DNA of 33,786 nt, taken from contig JAZOBW010000071.1 in assembly GCA_045596185.1 (NCBI GenBank), positions 1-33,786 on the forward strand. The letters run 5' to 3'. The position numbers and the translations under genes are program-made. Positions 26,082 through 33,786 of this stretch are shown here, one piece after another. Source of the stretch: Acutalibacteraceae bacterium. GTDB lineage: Bacteria > Bacillota > Clostridia > Oscillospirales > Acutalibacteraceae. The number at the start of each line of letters is the position of its first letter. Position 1 is the stretch's first letter. The notes beneath the pieces were generated by a model. It was not told the DNA's origin. It saw only the letters and a list, made by a program, of their open reading frames with translations, and searched no databases.

Positions 26082-29000
26082 TTATACTTTTTTAAGTATC
26101 TTTATCTTAGGGCTTTTAAGAATACCAAACGGTTTAGTGCGATATTCATAACACCAGTTCCAACCTTCGGTGCGCCACGCTTCAGGACCGATCCACTCTG
26201 TAGCGGAGTTAACAAGATGAAGTGCACCAAAACTGTTATAGCGATTTCCGAAAAGGGTAAGAGAAAGTGTGTGCTTTCCTTTTGCAACGTTCTCTATAAC
26301 CGTTTCATATGGCGGAAGAACAATTCGGTTTACACGTTTACCATCAAGTCCTACGCCGATTAGAGAACCGCGATAAAACTCGCTTTGTATTGAAACGGCA
26401 CCATCTTCCGGCATCTCAATTTCAATATCATATGTGATATTGGCACCGTAAAACGGCATACCCTGCGAAACAATATCCGAAAAACCGACCTTTTCCTGCT
26501 TTGCGGTTATCACGGCATCTGCACCCATCAGTTTTACACCGAAATCGCCAAGGATATAGCACCATTCAATATTGGTTCGTTCACCGAAAGGAACATCTAT
26601 TTCAATAACATTCTTTCCCTTTTTAATAAGAGAAAGCGGTATTTTGCTTATCGCCTCATCGGTAAAATAACCCACGATATTATTCTGAACCTTTTGTCCG
26701 TTAAGGGTAATATCTATAATGTCGGCATCCTCAACGGCGAGAAATGCATCTGTAAGTTCCAATTCACTTTCAAATTCATATTTAAGGTGCACTGTGTGCT
26801 CGGCAGGTTTGTCTGAAAGTACATAGGGCTGATTGGAATTTGGACGCATTCCAAAAATTTCCCTTGCCTTTTTAGATACACGCAAAACCTCTTCTGCACT
26901 CTGCCACTCGCCGTCGTCACAAGCGTATTCGGCACGGTCAAGAAGCAACACATTCGGTTCGCTGAGTGTATAAGGCACCGGCTTTTTAATATCAAATGCC
27001 GAAATGCACTCATACTGTGCGGAATCGGTATTCTCACAAACCGTGTCGTCAGACAATTTCAGCAAAAGGCTGGTGCAGGTGTGAAAATGCTTTTTGATAA
27101 GTGTTTTGCCGTCTTGATGTGTGTATTCGATAGGCATGATATTGCCCGACAGTGTATCATATTCGGTAGGGACAAATTCACCTTCAATAGTTATGGTAAG
27201 TTCATCACAATGCAGAGAATCCTTAACGCCGCAATACATTTCGGGATCCTTACTGTGTGCAATAAACAACCAACGGCAATCATTATCCTGACGGTAGTTA
27301 TAAATAAATCTGTCGGCCTGTCTGCCGTCATTATATGTAATCCCTATATTACGGATATCTTCCAAAGAATCTGAAAGCGACGACTTATCAAAACCGATAT
27401 TACAGCAGGCATTATACAGGTCCTCACATCCGTTTGATATAATGCCATCCATATATGTTGGCGCCTTGCCCATAAATATGACCCTACCGCCGGACTTTCT
27501 GAATCTTTCAAGAAAATCTACTGTGGTTTTGCGAAGTGTAATACAGGCAGGTACAATTATTACATCGTACTGCATTTTTCCTATCGCGCCAGGACGCTCC
27601 TCACAGGATAGTTGGGGAATAGTAGACTCACAGATAAAGTTAAAGTCGAAGTGTTCCTCCAAAAGCCACTCGGTAATATTTTTGAAGTTACTTTCGAGTG
27701 CAGCGATAGTTATAGCCGTTTGCGAATTTGGGCCCACGCTTATCCAGTAACTTTCAATCGGATGAATAACACCCAGTTTAACTATCGGTGTGCCTCGGGT
27801 AAGGGCGGTATTAAGACGTGCAAAGTGATCTTCTATATAAGGATATTCCTTATACCACGGTGACTGATAGCCTATTGCAGCAGGAAAGTCACGCTTTGCC
27901 TCACCCTTCATAGATACCCACGCAAGGTGTGGCACACGAACGGTAACACCCAAAGCCGCCTGCCAGTCGCCCTGAAGTTTATGACCCCTGAAATCAAAGT
28001 CCCAGTTGGTAACACCGTAAAGTTCGGAAAGCATACCCTCCTTGCCATACTGATGGACGGCAGACTGGGTCTGTTTTGCGGTTGTAAATTCGTGCCAGTT
28101 GCAAAGCATATCTATACCCGGTATAGTAAACTCTCCGTAACTGCGCATAGTTTCACCGCAGGTGGGTGCCTGACCGCCCAGTTGTGCTTCGCGAAGAAGA
28201 TGACCGGTCAGTGCGATACCGTTTTTATCACACCACTCACCCAACTGACCGCTGAAATTCTGTGAAAACTGATGCGCAAGAAAATCAAAATATCTGTATT
28301 TTATAATGGAATCGCTGTTATCCGCCTTTTTCCAAAAAAGTTCGGGAAGGCGGTCGAGAATATCCTCACCGTAATATTTTTGATACTCTTCTTCAAAATA
28401 GCGCGACCAACCGCACTTAATAACCCACCTGTATTCGGGGGTGGGAATTATCGCTTCACTGCCGTCCTGCATAACATTTGGCTCGTCGGTAAAGATGGCG
28501 GGTACGGTTTTATCAAAACGGTTGCCCACCTTTTCCTTATACCGCTCATGGGTAACATTTATAAACTCGGCAACCGATTCGCTGTCCATAGAGTCAAAAT
28601 AACTTCCGCCGTTATGCCACGCCGAATCCCACTCAACCTCGCAATAGGCGTACCACTTGTCGCCAAAGGCTTCATCATCAATAGAAATTCGACGACAGTT
28701 GGCAATAAAACCATCGCTGCCGATAGTAAGATCATAGGCGGCAAGAAAATATATGGTGCCTTTTTCGAGTGCTTCCTCTTTTGGAAGTGCCGATTCCACC
28801 TTATGGGGCAAAAGCACAAGCCTTTTTCTTCGAAATCTTTTGTTTTTAGTTACCTTGCCGCCGGCACCACCCGAAGGCCAACGGTCCTCGTCATAAAGCC
28901 ATGCAAGCATTTGTTCGTCTTCCGCTTTATCACAACAGGCCGCGACCATTTCCATGAACTCGTCCCCAAGGTATTCGGTAGCAAGACCGGTTCGGGAATG

Positions 29001-29171
29001 CATATGAAATCCGCCAAATCCCATCTGCTTCAAAAAGTCGATCTGACGCATAAGTTGAGCCTTATCGAGTTTGTTATTCCATGACCAGAAAGGTGTGGCA
29101 CGATATTCGCATGTTGGATTTTCAAAAAGTTCTTTGGAAAGTATTTGTTCACTATTTTTCTTATAAAGCAT
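26082..29171 (-). CDS. Large cytoplasmic glycoside hydrolase, family uncertain (possibly PF17132/GH106-related with a jelly-roll C-terminus)
   Basis: 1029 aa with no signal peptide. The N-terminal segment RATPFWSWNNKLDKAQLMRQIDFLKQMGFGGFHMHSRTGL resembles the start of a family of large bacterial glycosidases (from memory, unverified). Confidence 0.55.
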   Translation of the reverse strand: MLYKKNSEQILSKELFENPTCEYRATPFWSWNNKLDKAQLMRQIDFLKQMGFGGFHMHSRTGLATEYLGDEFMEMVAACCDKAEDEQMLAWLYDEDRWPSGGAGGKVTKNKRFRRKRLVLLPHKVESALPKEEALEKGTIYFLAAYDLTIGSDGFIANCRRISIDDEAFGDKWYAYCEVEWDSAWHNGGSYFDSMDSESVAEFINVTHERYKEKVGNRFDKTVPAIFTDEPNVMQDGSEAIIPTPEYRWVIKCGWSRYFEEEYQKYYGEDILDRLPELFWKKADNSDSIIKYRYFDFLAHQFSQNFSGQLGEWCDKNGIALTGHLLREAQLGGQAPTCGETMRSYGEFTIPGIDMLCNWHEFTTAKQTQSAVHQYGKEGMLSELYGVTNWDFDFRGHKLQGDWQAALGVTVRVPHLAWVSMKGEAKRDFPAAIGYQSPWYKEYPYIEDHFARLNTALTRGTPIVKLGVIHPIESYWISVGPNSQTAITIAALESNFKNITEWLLEEHFDFNFICESTIPQLSCEERPGAIGKMQYDVIIVPACITLRKTTVDFLERFRKSGGRVIFMGKAPTYMDGIISNGCEDLYNACCNIGFDKSSLSDSLEDIRNIGITYNDGRQADRFIYNYRQDNDCRWLFIAHSKDPEMYCGVKDSLHCDELTITIEGEFVPTEYDTLSGNIMPIEYTHQDGKTLIKKHFHTCTSLLLKLSDDTVCENTDSAQYECISAFDIKKPVPYTLSEPNVLLLDRAEYACDDGEWQSAEEVLRVSKKAREIFGMRPNSNQPYVLSDKPAEHTVHLKYEFESELELTDAFLAVEDADIIDITLNGQKVQNNIVGYFTDEAISKIPLSLIKKGKNVIEIDVPFGERTNIEWCYILGDFGVKLMGADAVITAKQEKVGFSDIVSQGMPFYGANITYDIEIEMPEDGAVSIQSEFYRGSLIGVGLDGKRVNRIVLPPYETVIENVAKGKHTLSLTLFGNRYNSFGALHLVNSATEWIGPEAWRTEGWNWCYEYRTKPFGILKSPKIKILKKV

Positions 29172-29332
29172 TTCCCTGCCCCCTAATAATTCCCTAATAT
29201 TTTATCTTACCGTTATTCTAACACACGAATAGCAATAAAACAAGGTGCTAATTTATCATCTTTAGGGTAATATTTTAACCCCCTACTTTCATAGTATCTA
29301 TTGGTATATATCGACCTGTGGGAGGGGTAGTT

Positions 29333-29581
29333 GTGAAGAGTATTACCTGGCATAGAGCAATAGAACTTGCAGAATACATTGTGGAAAATAATTCTACCGT
29401 TAGGGCAACCGCCAAGGAATTCGGTGTTTCTAAATCTACTGTACATAAAGATGTTACCGAGCGGTTAAGAAGAGATAATCCGCAACTTTACAAGAAGGTA
29501 AAATTGGTACTTGAAAAAAATAAGCAGGAGCGACATATACGCGGCGGTATGGCAACACGCAGAAAATACAAGGGTGGTTGA
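29333..29581 (+). CDS. spoIIID: Stage III sporulation transcription factor SpoIIID
   Basis: The start is set at the GTG at 29333 after the RBS GGGAGGGG. TVRATAKEFGVSKSTVHKDVTERL and HIRGGMATRRKYKG closely resemble B. subtilis SpoIIID. Confidence 0.9.
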   Translation: MKSITWHRAIELAEYIVENNSTVRATAKEFGVSKSTVHKDVTERLRRDNPQLYKKVKLVLEKNKQERHIRGGMATRRKYKGG

Positions 29582-29603
29582 GGTTTTACCGTATACCGAA
29601 AAC

Positions 29604-29641
29604 AAAAATGTGTCTTAAGCGATGCTTAAGACACATTTTTC
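29604..29641. terminator. Bidirectional terminator (copy 2 of the atgtgtcttaa..ttaagacacat hairpin)
   Basis: atgtgtcttaagc (29608-29620), gat loop, gcttaagacacat (29624-29636). It is flanked by A- and T-runs. Confidence 0.85.
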
Positions 29642-29652
29642 AGTATACAATA

Positions 29653-29796
29653 CTATTTATTTTTGCTCTTGAATATCTTGTTTAGCAATACGGTTAAAAG
29701 AATTATTACCGCGATAACTACCATTATCGCCAACATTCCTTTACCCATATAATGAAGATTATTTATAAATGCGCTTGGTTCAAATTTTTCTATCAT
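29653..29796 (-). CDS. Small (47 aa) single-TM protein, possibly an OadG-like gamma subunit; not in the supplied ORF track
   Basis: My own translation is MIEKFEPSAFINNLHYMGKGMLAIMVVIAVIILLTVLLNKIFKSKNK. The RBS AAGAGGTGA overlaps the stop of the upstream OadB-like gene. Confidence 0.45.
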   Translation of the reverse strand: MIEKFEPSAFINNLHYMGKGMLAIMVVIAVIILLTVLLNKIFKSKNK

Positions 29797-29808
29797 AACC
29801 GTCACCTC

Positions 29809-30933
29809 TTAAACATTCATAAAGAACTTCAGAATCAGTCCGCCGGCGATAACCGATGCAATCTGACCCGATACATTAACGCCCATCGAGTGCATAAGAA
29901 GGAAGTTCTGATTATCCTCTTTAAGCCCCATCTTATGAACTATTCTGCCTGCCATCGGGAATGCCGAAATACCTGCAGCACCAATCATCGGGTTAATCTT
30001 GTTTTTTGCAAAGATGTTATATATCTTTGCAAAAATTACGCCGCCTGCAGTATCAAATACGAATGCAAACAAGCCAAGTCCCATAATGAGCAGTGTTTTG
30101 GCATCTAAGAACTTTGTATAGTGCATCTGTGTTGCGATGGTTATACCCAGGAATATGGTGATAAGGTTTGCAAGAACCTTCTGTGCGGTTTCGGAAAGCG
30201 AATTAAGAACACCGCACTCCCTGATAAGGTTACCAAACATCAGGAATCCTACAAGCGATACCGACGCAGGTGCCACACATCCTGCGATAACGGTGATTAT
30301 TATCGGGAAGAGGATACGGGTAAGTTTTGAAACCTCTTTAGGCTGATATGGCATACGGATAAGGCGTTCCTTTTTAGTGGTTAAAAGTTTGATAACGGGC
30401 GGTTGAATAATAGGTACCAGCGCCATATATGAATACGCTGCAACCATTATTGCGCCCACATACTGGGATTCAAGTTTATTAGCAACAACTATAGAGGTGG
30501 GACCATCAGCAGCACCGATGATAGCAATAGATGCGGCATCCTTTATATCAAAGAATATCGCCGCCACGCATAGAGTAAAGAATATTCCGAACTGTGCCGC
30601 TGCACCGAATATCATAAGTTTCGGATTTGACAGTAACGGACCGAAATCAATCATCGCACCAATGCCGATAAACAGTATAAGCGGAAACAGTTCGTTTGCT
30701 ATACCGGCATTATATAGCACACTGAGTGCGCCCTCCTCATCCCCCTGCGTTATAGCGCCGGAAAGCGGAAGGTTGACAAGAATTGCACCAAAACCCATCG
30801 GCAAAAGCAGAGTAGGCTCCATATCCTTCTTGATGGCAAGGAATATAAGCAATCCGCCTATCGCCCACATAACGAGCATTCGCCAATCGAAATTTGTCAA
30901 TACATTTTCATACAGGATCTCTAAAAAATCCAT
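29809..30933 (-). CDS. OadB/GcdB/MmdB-family membrane protein (Na+-translocating decarboxylase beta-subunit homologue), stand-alone
   Basis: 374 aa with RBS AAAGGGGAG. The polytopic sequence (MEPTLLLPMGFGAILVNLP, GAADGPT, MIGAAGISAFPM) matches the beta-subunit family. Confidence 0.8.
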   Translation of the reverse strand: MDFLEILYENVLTNFDWRMLVMWAIGGLLIFLAIKKDMEPTLLLPMGFGAILVNLPLSGAITQGDEEGALSVLYNAGIANELFPLILFIGIGAMIDFGPLLSNPKLMIFGAAAQFGIFFTLCVAAIFFDIKDAASIAIIGAADGPTSIVVANKLESQYVGAIMVAAYSYMALVPIIQPPVIKLLTTKKERLIRMPYQPKEVSKLTRILFPIIITVIAGCVAPASVSLVGFLMFGNLIRECGVLNSLSETAQKVLANLITIFLGITIATQMHYTKFLDAKTLLIMGLGLFAFVFDTAGGVIFAKIYNIFAKNKINPMIGAAGISAFPMAGRIVHKMGLKEDNQNFLLMHSMGVNVSGQIASVIAGGLILKFFMNV

Positions 30934-30969
30934 ACATATATCTCCCCTTTACTAAAATTCGAGTAACAC

Positions 30970-31107
30970 AAAAAAGAAAAAAGACCCCGACTGCCCCACT
31001 GTGCAATCGAAGTCTTGCCCTTTAATACAGCGGCGGGTCAAAAAGACCGTACTGACGCCGGATGTAACGCACAAAGTCTTCCGTGCGCGGCTACTCCCTT
31101 CGGAAAG
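30970..31107 (-). promoter_or_regulatory. Candidate yybP-ykoY (Mn2+) riboswitch aptamer plus intrinsic terminator in the leader of the OadB-like gene
   Basis: The minus-strand RNA reads CGAAG-GGAGUAG-CCGCGCAC...GUGCG-UUACAU-CCGGCG...CGCCGCUGUAU-UAAAGGGCAAGA-CUUCG. Its hallmarks are GGGAGUAG and GCAAGAC, closed by a CGAAG/CUUCG P1 helix. The 3' P1 strand is also part of the terminator stem GACUUCGAUUG/CAGUCGGGGUC, which is followed by UUUUUUCUUUUUU. Confidence 0.6.
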
Positions 31108-31114
31108 TAATGGT

Positions 31115-31143
31115 ATTATAACATATTATTACCCATATTTCAA
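31115..31143 (-). promoter_or_regulatory. SigA-type promoter for the riboswitch/OadB-like transcript (TTGAAA-17-TATAAT on the minus strand)
   Basis: Reverse complement of tttcaa (31138-31143) and attata (31115-31120) with a 17-nt spacer. Confidence 0.6.
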
Positions 31144-31151
31144 TCATTTTC

Positions 31152-31180
31152 TTGCAAATTTGTTTGTTTTGATTTATAAT
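31152..31180 (+). promoter_or_regulatory. SigA-type promoter for mgtC (TTGCAA-17-TATAAT)
   Basis: ttgcaa at 31152-31157 and tataat at 31175-31180. It sits back-to-back with the minus-strand promoter. Confidence 0.55.
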
Positions 31181-31214
31181 TTTATATTATTATATTAGTC
31201 GGAGGTGGACTGTA

Positions 31215-31904
31215 ATGTTAAAAACATTAGAATTTGTTCTTAGCGTCATCAGCGAATTTAATATAATCTCGGTTCTGTTCCGTCTTATTCTTTCGGTAAT
31301 TATAGGCGGTGTTATCGGCAATGAAAGGGGCAAACACGGCAGTCATGCAGGACTGCGCACACATATACTGGTTTGTCTGGGTTCCACAATAACTGCACTT
31401 ACCGGTCTTTTCGTAAACGAAGCGCTGGGTATGCAGGGCGATGTTCTGCGTCTTGCCGCACAGGTAATATCGGGAATCGGTTTTCTTGGTGCCGGTATGA
31501 TAATTATTAAGGGTAGCAATATTATAACCGGTCTTACCACCGCTGCCGGTATGTGGACTACCGCCGCTATCGGTATCGCTTTAGGTTACGGTTTTTACAG
31601 TGCATCTTTTATCGGTATGTTGGCGTGTCTTTTTACCGCCCACTTCCTTACCAAACTTGAGCGCAAACGCAAGATGTCTCATCCTATTTACATCGAGGTT
31701 GACGACCCCAAAAAATCAGGCGACATCTGCAATCATATCCGCAATCTTGTTGACAATGATATGGCGCTTGAAATTGCACCTGCAAAAAGCGGTATCTCGG
31801 GTCACCTTGCCCTGTACATAACCCTTTCAAGGCCCAGAAACTTTGCCGATATCATCGAAAAAATCAAACATCTTGACGGCGTAAGTTTCGTAATCGTTGA
31901 GTAA
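31215..31904 (+). CDS. mgtC: MgtC/SapB family membrane protein
   Basis: RBS GGAGGTG. The N-terminal membrane domain carries RLILSVIIGGVIGNERGKHGSHAGLRTHILVCLGS, followed by a C-terminal ACT-like soluble domain. Confidence 0.85.
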   Translation: MLKTLEFVLSVISEFNIISVLFRLILSVIIGGVIGNERGKHGSHAGLRTHILVCLGSTITALTGLFVNEALGMQGDVLRLAAQVISGIGFLGAGMIIIKGSNIITGLTTAAGMWTTAAIGIALGYGFYSASFIGMLACLFTAHFLTKLERKRKMSHPIYIEVDDPKKSGDICNHIRNLVDNDMALEIAPAKSGISGHLALYITLSRPRNFADIIEKIKHLDGVSFVIVE

Positions 31905-31909
31905 ATTTT

Positions 31910-31945
31910 TGCCCGAGTGTATCCGCACTCGGGCAGATATTTTGA
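31910..31945 (+). terminator. Rho-independent terminator after mgtC
   Basis: gcccgagtg (31911-31919), loop, cactcgggc (26-34 of the 319xx series, i.e. 31926-31934), followed by a T-rich tract. Confidence 0.65.
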
Positions 31946-31994
31946 TTGTACGATATTTTTATCGTTTTTAAGCAAAAAAGTTCAGTGCAGGGTC

Positions 31995-32023
31995 TTGACT
32001 TTACCGTGATAAAGTGCTATCAT
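31995..32023 (+). promoter_or_regulatory. SigA-type promoter for yerC-hisZG (TTGACT-17-TATCAT with an extended -10 TG)
   Basis: ttgact at 31995-32000 and tatcat at 32018-32023, preceded by tgc. Confidence 0.55.
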
Positions 32024-32055
32024 ATTAACACAAAATTTTGAGAGGTTTAATTGCT

Positions 32056-32352
32056 ATGAGTAATATTCGCAATGAATCGGTGGACAGGCTGTTCAAAACT
32101 TTTCTGAATCTGGAAACCATAGAGGAATGTTATGCCTATTTTGAAGATCTGTGTACCATCAAAGAGATACAAGATATGTCACAGCGGCTTGATACCGCCA
32201 TACTTCTTGCAAAGGGACTCAGTTATCAGAAAATCACCGAGCAGGTAGATGTAAGTACCGCTACCATAGGAAGGGTAAGCAAGTGCTTCAATTACGGAAG
32301 CGGCGGTTATCGCTCTGCCATAGAAAAACTTGAAAAGGCGGAGGAAGAATAA
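32056..32352 (+). CDS. yerC: YerC/YecD-family TrpR-like DNA-binding protein (candidate histidine regulator HisR)
   Basis: The start is set at the ATG at 32056 (MSNIRNESVDRLF). LCTIKEIQDMSQRLDTAILLAKGLSYQKITEQVDVSTATIGRVSK is typical of the YerC/TrpR-like family. Its stop overlaps the hisZ start (TAATG). Confidence 0.8.
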   Translation: MSNIRNESVDRLFKTFLNLETIEECYAYFEDLCTIKEIQDMSQRLDTAILLAKGLSYQKITEQVDVSTATIGRVSKCFNYGSGGYRSAIEKLEKAEEE

Positions 32353-33470
32353 TGAACGGTTCCAATATTCCCCTTAACTTTAATGAAAAGGTCATTTTTT
32401 CACTGCGTTCGCTCTACAGTAAATGCGGATACCAACAGTACAAAATGAGCAAGTTTGAAGAATATGATCTTTATGCCCGAAACAAAGATTTTCTTATTTC
32501 GGACAGTGTTATAACCTTTACCGATACCAACGGAAAACTTATGGCGCTTAAGCCCGATGTTACCCTTTCAATAATCAAAAACATAAAAGAACAGCCAGAT
32601 TGCGTTCAAAAACTATATTACAATGAAAATGTATATCGTATTTCCAAGGGTACACGCTCGTATAAAGAGATAATGCAGATAGGTCTTGAATGTTTCGGAA
32701 ATATCGATAACTTTAACATTTGCGAGGTTATCACCCTTGCAGCACTCAGCCTTAAGAGCATCTCCGAAGAATGTGTGCTTGATATTTCGGACATTGGTCT
32801 GCTGGAGGATATAATCGACGGTTTTGAACTGCCCAAACAGGCGAAGAGTGAACTGTTCAAGCACATCGGCGAAAAGAACATTCATGAACTTATCAGCGTT
32901 TGTGCCCAACATTCGGTTCCCGAAAAGGATATCGCTGTACTTACAGGACTTATTGAAACATCAGGCAGCCCCGATACCGTTATCAACAAGATAGCAGAAT
33001 TGCTTGAAGGCAGGAATTCCTATGCCCTTTCGGTACTTTCCGATATTCTTAATGCCGTTGACAGCGATGTAAGAAATATGTTGCGAATCGACTTTTCAGT
33101 AGTAGGCGACACCAACTACTATAACGGCATTGTATTCAAAGGCTTTATTCAGGGTGTTCCCACTGCGGTTCTTTCTGGTGGACAGTATGATAAACTTATG
33201 CGCAAAATGCATCGCAAATCGGGAGCAATCGGCTTTGCAGTATATCTTGATGTTTTGGAAAGATTGCTTTGTTGCACCAATGAATACGATGTGGATATAC
33301 TTCTTCTTTACGACGATACCACTCCCCTTTCGGTTCTGAACGATTATATTAAGAATCTTGGGGACGCTGGTCGTATTATGGCACAAAGATGTGTTCCCGA
33401 AAACATCAAATACAAAAAACTCATAAAGATAAACAACGGTGAGGTGGATATTCTTGAAGACAATGCTTAA
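32352..33470 (+). CDS. hisZ: ATP phosphoribosyltransferase regulatory subunit (HisRS paralogue)
   Basis: 372 aa. Class-II aaRS-like motifs are present (LALKPDVTLS, YYNENVYR, QIGLECFG). It lies directly upstream of a short-form hisG and overlaps it. Confidence 0.85.
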   Translation: MNGSNIPLNFNEKVIFSLRSLYSKCGYQQYKMSKFEEYDLYARNKDFLISDSVITFTDTNGKLMALKPDVTLSIIKNIKEQPDCVQKLYYNENVYRISKGTRSYKEIMQIGLECFGNIDNFNICEVITLAALSLKSISEECVLDISDIGLLEDIIDGFELPKQAKSELFKHIGEKNIHELISVCAQHSVPEKDIAVLTGLIETSGSPDTVINKIAELLEGRNSYALSVLSDILNAVDSDVRNMLRIDFSVVGDTNYYNGIVFKGFIQGVPTAVLSGGQYDKLMRKMHRKSGAIGFAVYLDVLERLLCCTNEYDVDILLLYDDTTPLSVLNDYIKNLGDAGRIMAQRCVPENIKYKKLIKINNGEVDILEDNA

Positions 33471-33786
33471 TGTTGCACTGCCCAAGGGCAGACTTGGCGA
33501 AAAGGTCTACGCTATGTTTGAAAAGGCGGGTTTTGAATGTCCCTCCATCAAAGAAAACAACCGAAAACTAATCTTTGAAAACCAAGAAGTTGGAGTGCGC
33601 TATTTCTGGGTGAAACCATCCGATGTCGCGATATATGTCGAACGCGGTGCTGCCGATGTTGGCGTTGCAGGTAAGGATATTCTTCTTGAATACGAGCCGG
33701 ATGTATACGAACTTCTTGACCTTGATATCGGTAAATGCCGTATGGCTGTTGCCGCAAAAAAAGACTTTCGCGATGATGTGCAAAAG
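33463..33786 (+). CDS. hisG: ATP phosphoribosyltransferase catalytic subunit (short form), 3'-truncated by the window edge
   Basis: Not in the ORF track because there is no stop before the window end. My own translation is MLNVALPKGRLGEKVYAMFEKAGF...VKPSDVAIYVERGAADVGVAGKDIL, which is a classic HisG. Confidence 0.9.
   Translation, partial: MLNVALPKGRLGEKVYAMFEKAGFECPSIKENNRKLIFENQEVGVRYFWVKPSDVAIYVERGAADVGVAGKDILLEYEPDVYELLDLDIGKCRMAVAAKKDFRDDVQK

Noticed and set aside
29172-29332. SigE-type sporulation promoter upstream of spoIIID (aatatt ... catagtat)
   Set aside because: The match to the SigE consensus as I remember it is loose and the spacing is uncertain. It is not strong enough to annotate.
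30960-31110. Na+ (DUF1646) or Li+ (nhaA-I) riboswitch as the identity of the OadB-like leader
   Set aside because: This is attractive because OadB homologues pump Na+. However, the motifs I can actually recognise (GGGAGUAG, GCAAGAC, P1 closure) fit yybP-ykoY. I cannot recall the other consensus sequences well enough to support them. They are kept as alternatives in the proposed check.

Overview
The window looks like chromosomal DNA from a spore-forming Clostridia-type Firmicute: spoIIID is present, PolC is the replicase, and the promoters are SigA-like. This is inference only; no database search was possible. Most of the window is core housekeeping. On the minus strand, 3981-14002 holds the conserved block pyrH-frr-uppS-cdsA-dxr-rseP-ispG-polC. 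On the plus strand, 20255-23757 holds ylxM-ffh-rpsP-khpA-rimM-trmD, followed by ptsH and tRNA-Pro(GGG). The right edge carries a yerC/hisR-like gene, hisZ and hisG. Sugar and amino-acid genes are interspersed: an AGCS symporter, a GH20-like hexosaminidase, a sugar-phosphate isomerase, a 1029-aa glycoside hydrolase and an orphan family-5 SBP lipoprotein. The most interesting region is an A+T-rich accessory locus at about 14.09-18.58 kb, wedged between the two core blocks. It contains an XRE repressor and an ImmA/IrrE-type metalloprotease, followed in the same direction by a beta-class DNA methyltransferase and a PD-(D/E)XK nuclease. Facing away from these is a zinc-ribbon / sigma-region-4-like / Y-family DNA polymerase operon. 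The 175-bp switch region between the two operons holds two perfect-consensus promoters arranged face-to-face, plus repeated TTACG-N6-CGTAA operator-like palindromes. Three other items deserve a second look. (i) PolC has its DnaQ-like 3'-5' exonuclease insert cleanly missing. (ii) A yybP-ykoY (Mn2+) riboswitch-like leader with a terminator sits in front of a stand-alone OadB-family (Na+-pump decarboxylase beta) membrane protein that has no catalytic partner genes. (iii) Two bidirectional terminators share almost the same stem sequence. No CRISPR array, transposase, integrase or rRNA was seen.
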